Source: Candidatus Sabulitectum sp. (lineage in GTDB: Bacteria > Fermentibacterota > Fermentibacteria > Fermentibacterales > JCC-6). From it: DNA of 36,383 nt. The notes under the pieces are model-generated. The model searched no databases. It was not told the DNA's origin and saw nothing but the letters and a program-made list of their open reading frames with translations. Both the position numbers and the translations under genes were made by a program. This document shows, one piece after another, positions 35,847-36,383 of this stretch (the stretch's first letter is position 1; every line of letters starts with the position of its first letter). The stretch spans positions 1-36,383 of the forward strand of contig JAOZRM010000004.1 of the NCBI GenBank assembly GCA_029940175.1, in the 5' to 3' direction.

Positions 35847-36383
35847 ATGGAAGAATTCATAGCTCGACTTCTTGATCTTCAAGACTGTGACCGGGATGTA
35901 AGCAGATTAAAGGCTGATCTGGAATCAATTCCGCAGGAAATGAAGATTCACAGAAAAGATACAGAAGGTCACGAAGAAAAATTTGATTTTTTCAACGAGA
36001 ATCTTGAGAGTATCAGAAAGAAACAGAAGAAGCTTAGCGGGGACCGTCAGGATAATGTTGCCAGGATTGCCGATTATAAGAGCAGACTTATTTCATTGAA
36101 ATCCAATACGGAGTACACTGCCATGCTCAAGCAGATCACTCATGCCGAGAAAATGAATGGTCAGATAGACAGCATGATCCTCGAAGCAATGTACGAAGAG
36201 GATGAAGCTTCCCAGGCTCTTGAGAGGGCAATGAAGGAACGTGACAGAGCTGTGAAAAGATCTGTGATCAGAGAAGAAAGTCTGGGGGAGAAGCTGAGTG
36301 AACTGGAAAGTCAACTGACTGTGATTCAGAAGCGCAGGACAGAGATTGCAAAAAAAGTAGACCCGAAGCATTTGAAGATGTAT
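35847..36383 (+). CDS. COG1579/DUF164 coiled-coil (C4 zinc-ribbon) protein, 3'-truncated by the window
   Basis: Absent from the ORF track (no stop in window). Translates MEEFIARLLDLQDCD...KSNTEYTAMLKQI...ILEAM...RTEIAKKVDPKHLKMY, the typical L..LQ..D / K.N.EY.A / L..Y pattern. Confidence 0.85.
   Translation, partial: MEEFIARLLDLQDCDRDVSRLKADLESIPQEMKIHRKDTEGHEEKFDFFNENLESIRKKQKKLSGDRQDNVARIADYKSRLISLKSNTEYTAMLKQITHAEKMNGQIDSMILEAMYEEDEASQALERAMKERDRAVKRSVIREESLGEKLSELESQLTVIQKRRTEIAKKVDPKHLKMY

Noticed and set aside
35648-35860. Minus-strand 70-aa ORF
   Set aside because: It is an antisense translation of tRNA-Val and tRNA-Ile2.

Overview
This is a gene-dense chromosomal window from a diderm bacterium, with about 34 CDS and 5 tRNAs; all but rpsT and tRNA-Leu are on the + strand. 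No mobile element, CRISPR array or prophage is visible. Housekeeping genes include trpS, cysS, rpsT, apt, rarA, rnr, nadE, purH, pcm, amgK plus a murU-like gene, an Slt-type transglycosylase, GH57, DUF62 and two CNNM genes. A T9SS-like C-terminal sorting domain together with canonical sigma70 promoters and Shine-Dalgarno (SD) sites suggests a non-Bacteroidota FCB-type lineage (inference only). The most unusual content is a set of atypical signalling proteins: (i) a GAF histidine kinase with His replaced by Glu, (ii) an intact multi-PAS hybrid kinase, (iii) a ChpT-like protein with a His-bearing DHp and a degenerate ATPase domain, (iv) a PAS plus pseudo-receiver protein, and (v) two output enzymes (PP2C and GGDEF) fused to HEAT repeats. 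Other notable signals are an 11-bp anti-SD hairpin over the tonB ribosome-binding site, a CNNM gene that appears to start at a CTG overlapping the upstream stop, two candidate leaderless genes, a small basic Cys4 protein that may be a zinc-binding bL38/DUF4295-type ribosomal protein, and a very acidic Met-rich lipoprotein. All calls come from reading motifs by eye; no searches were run.
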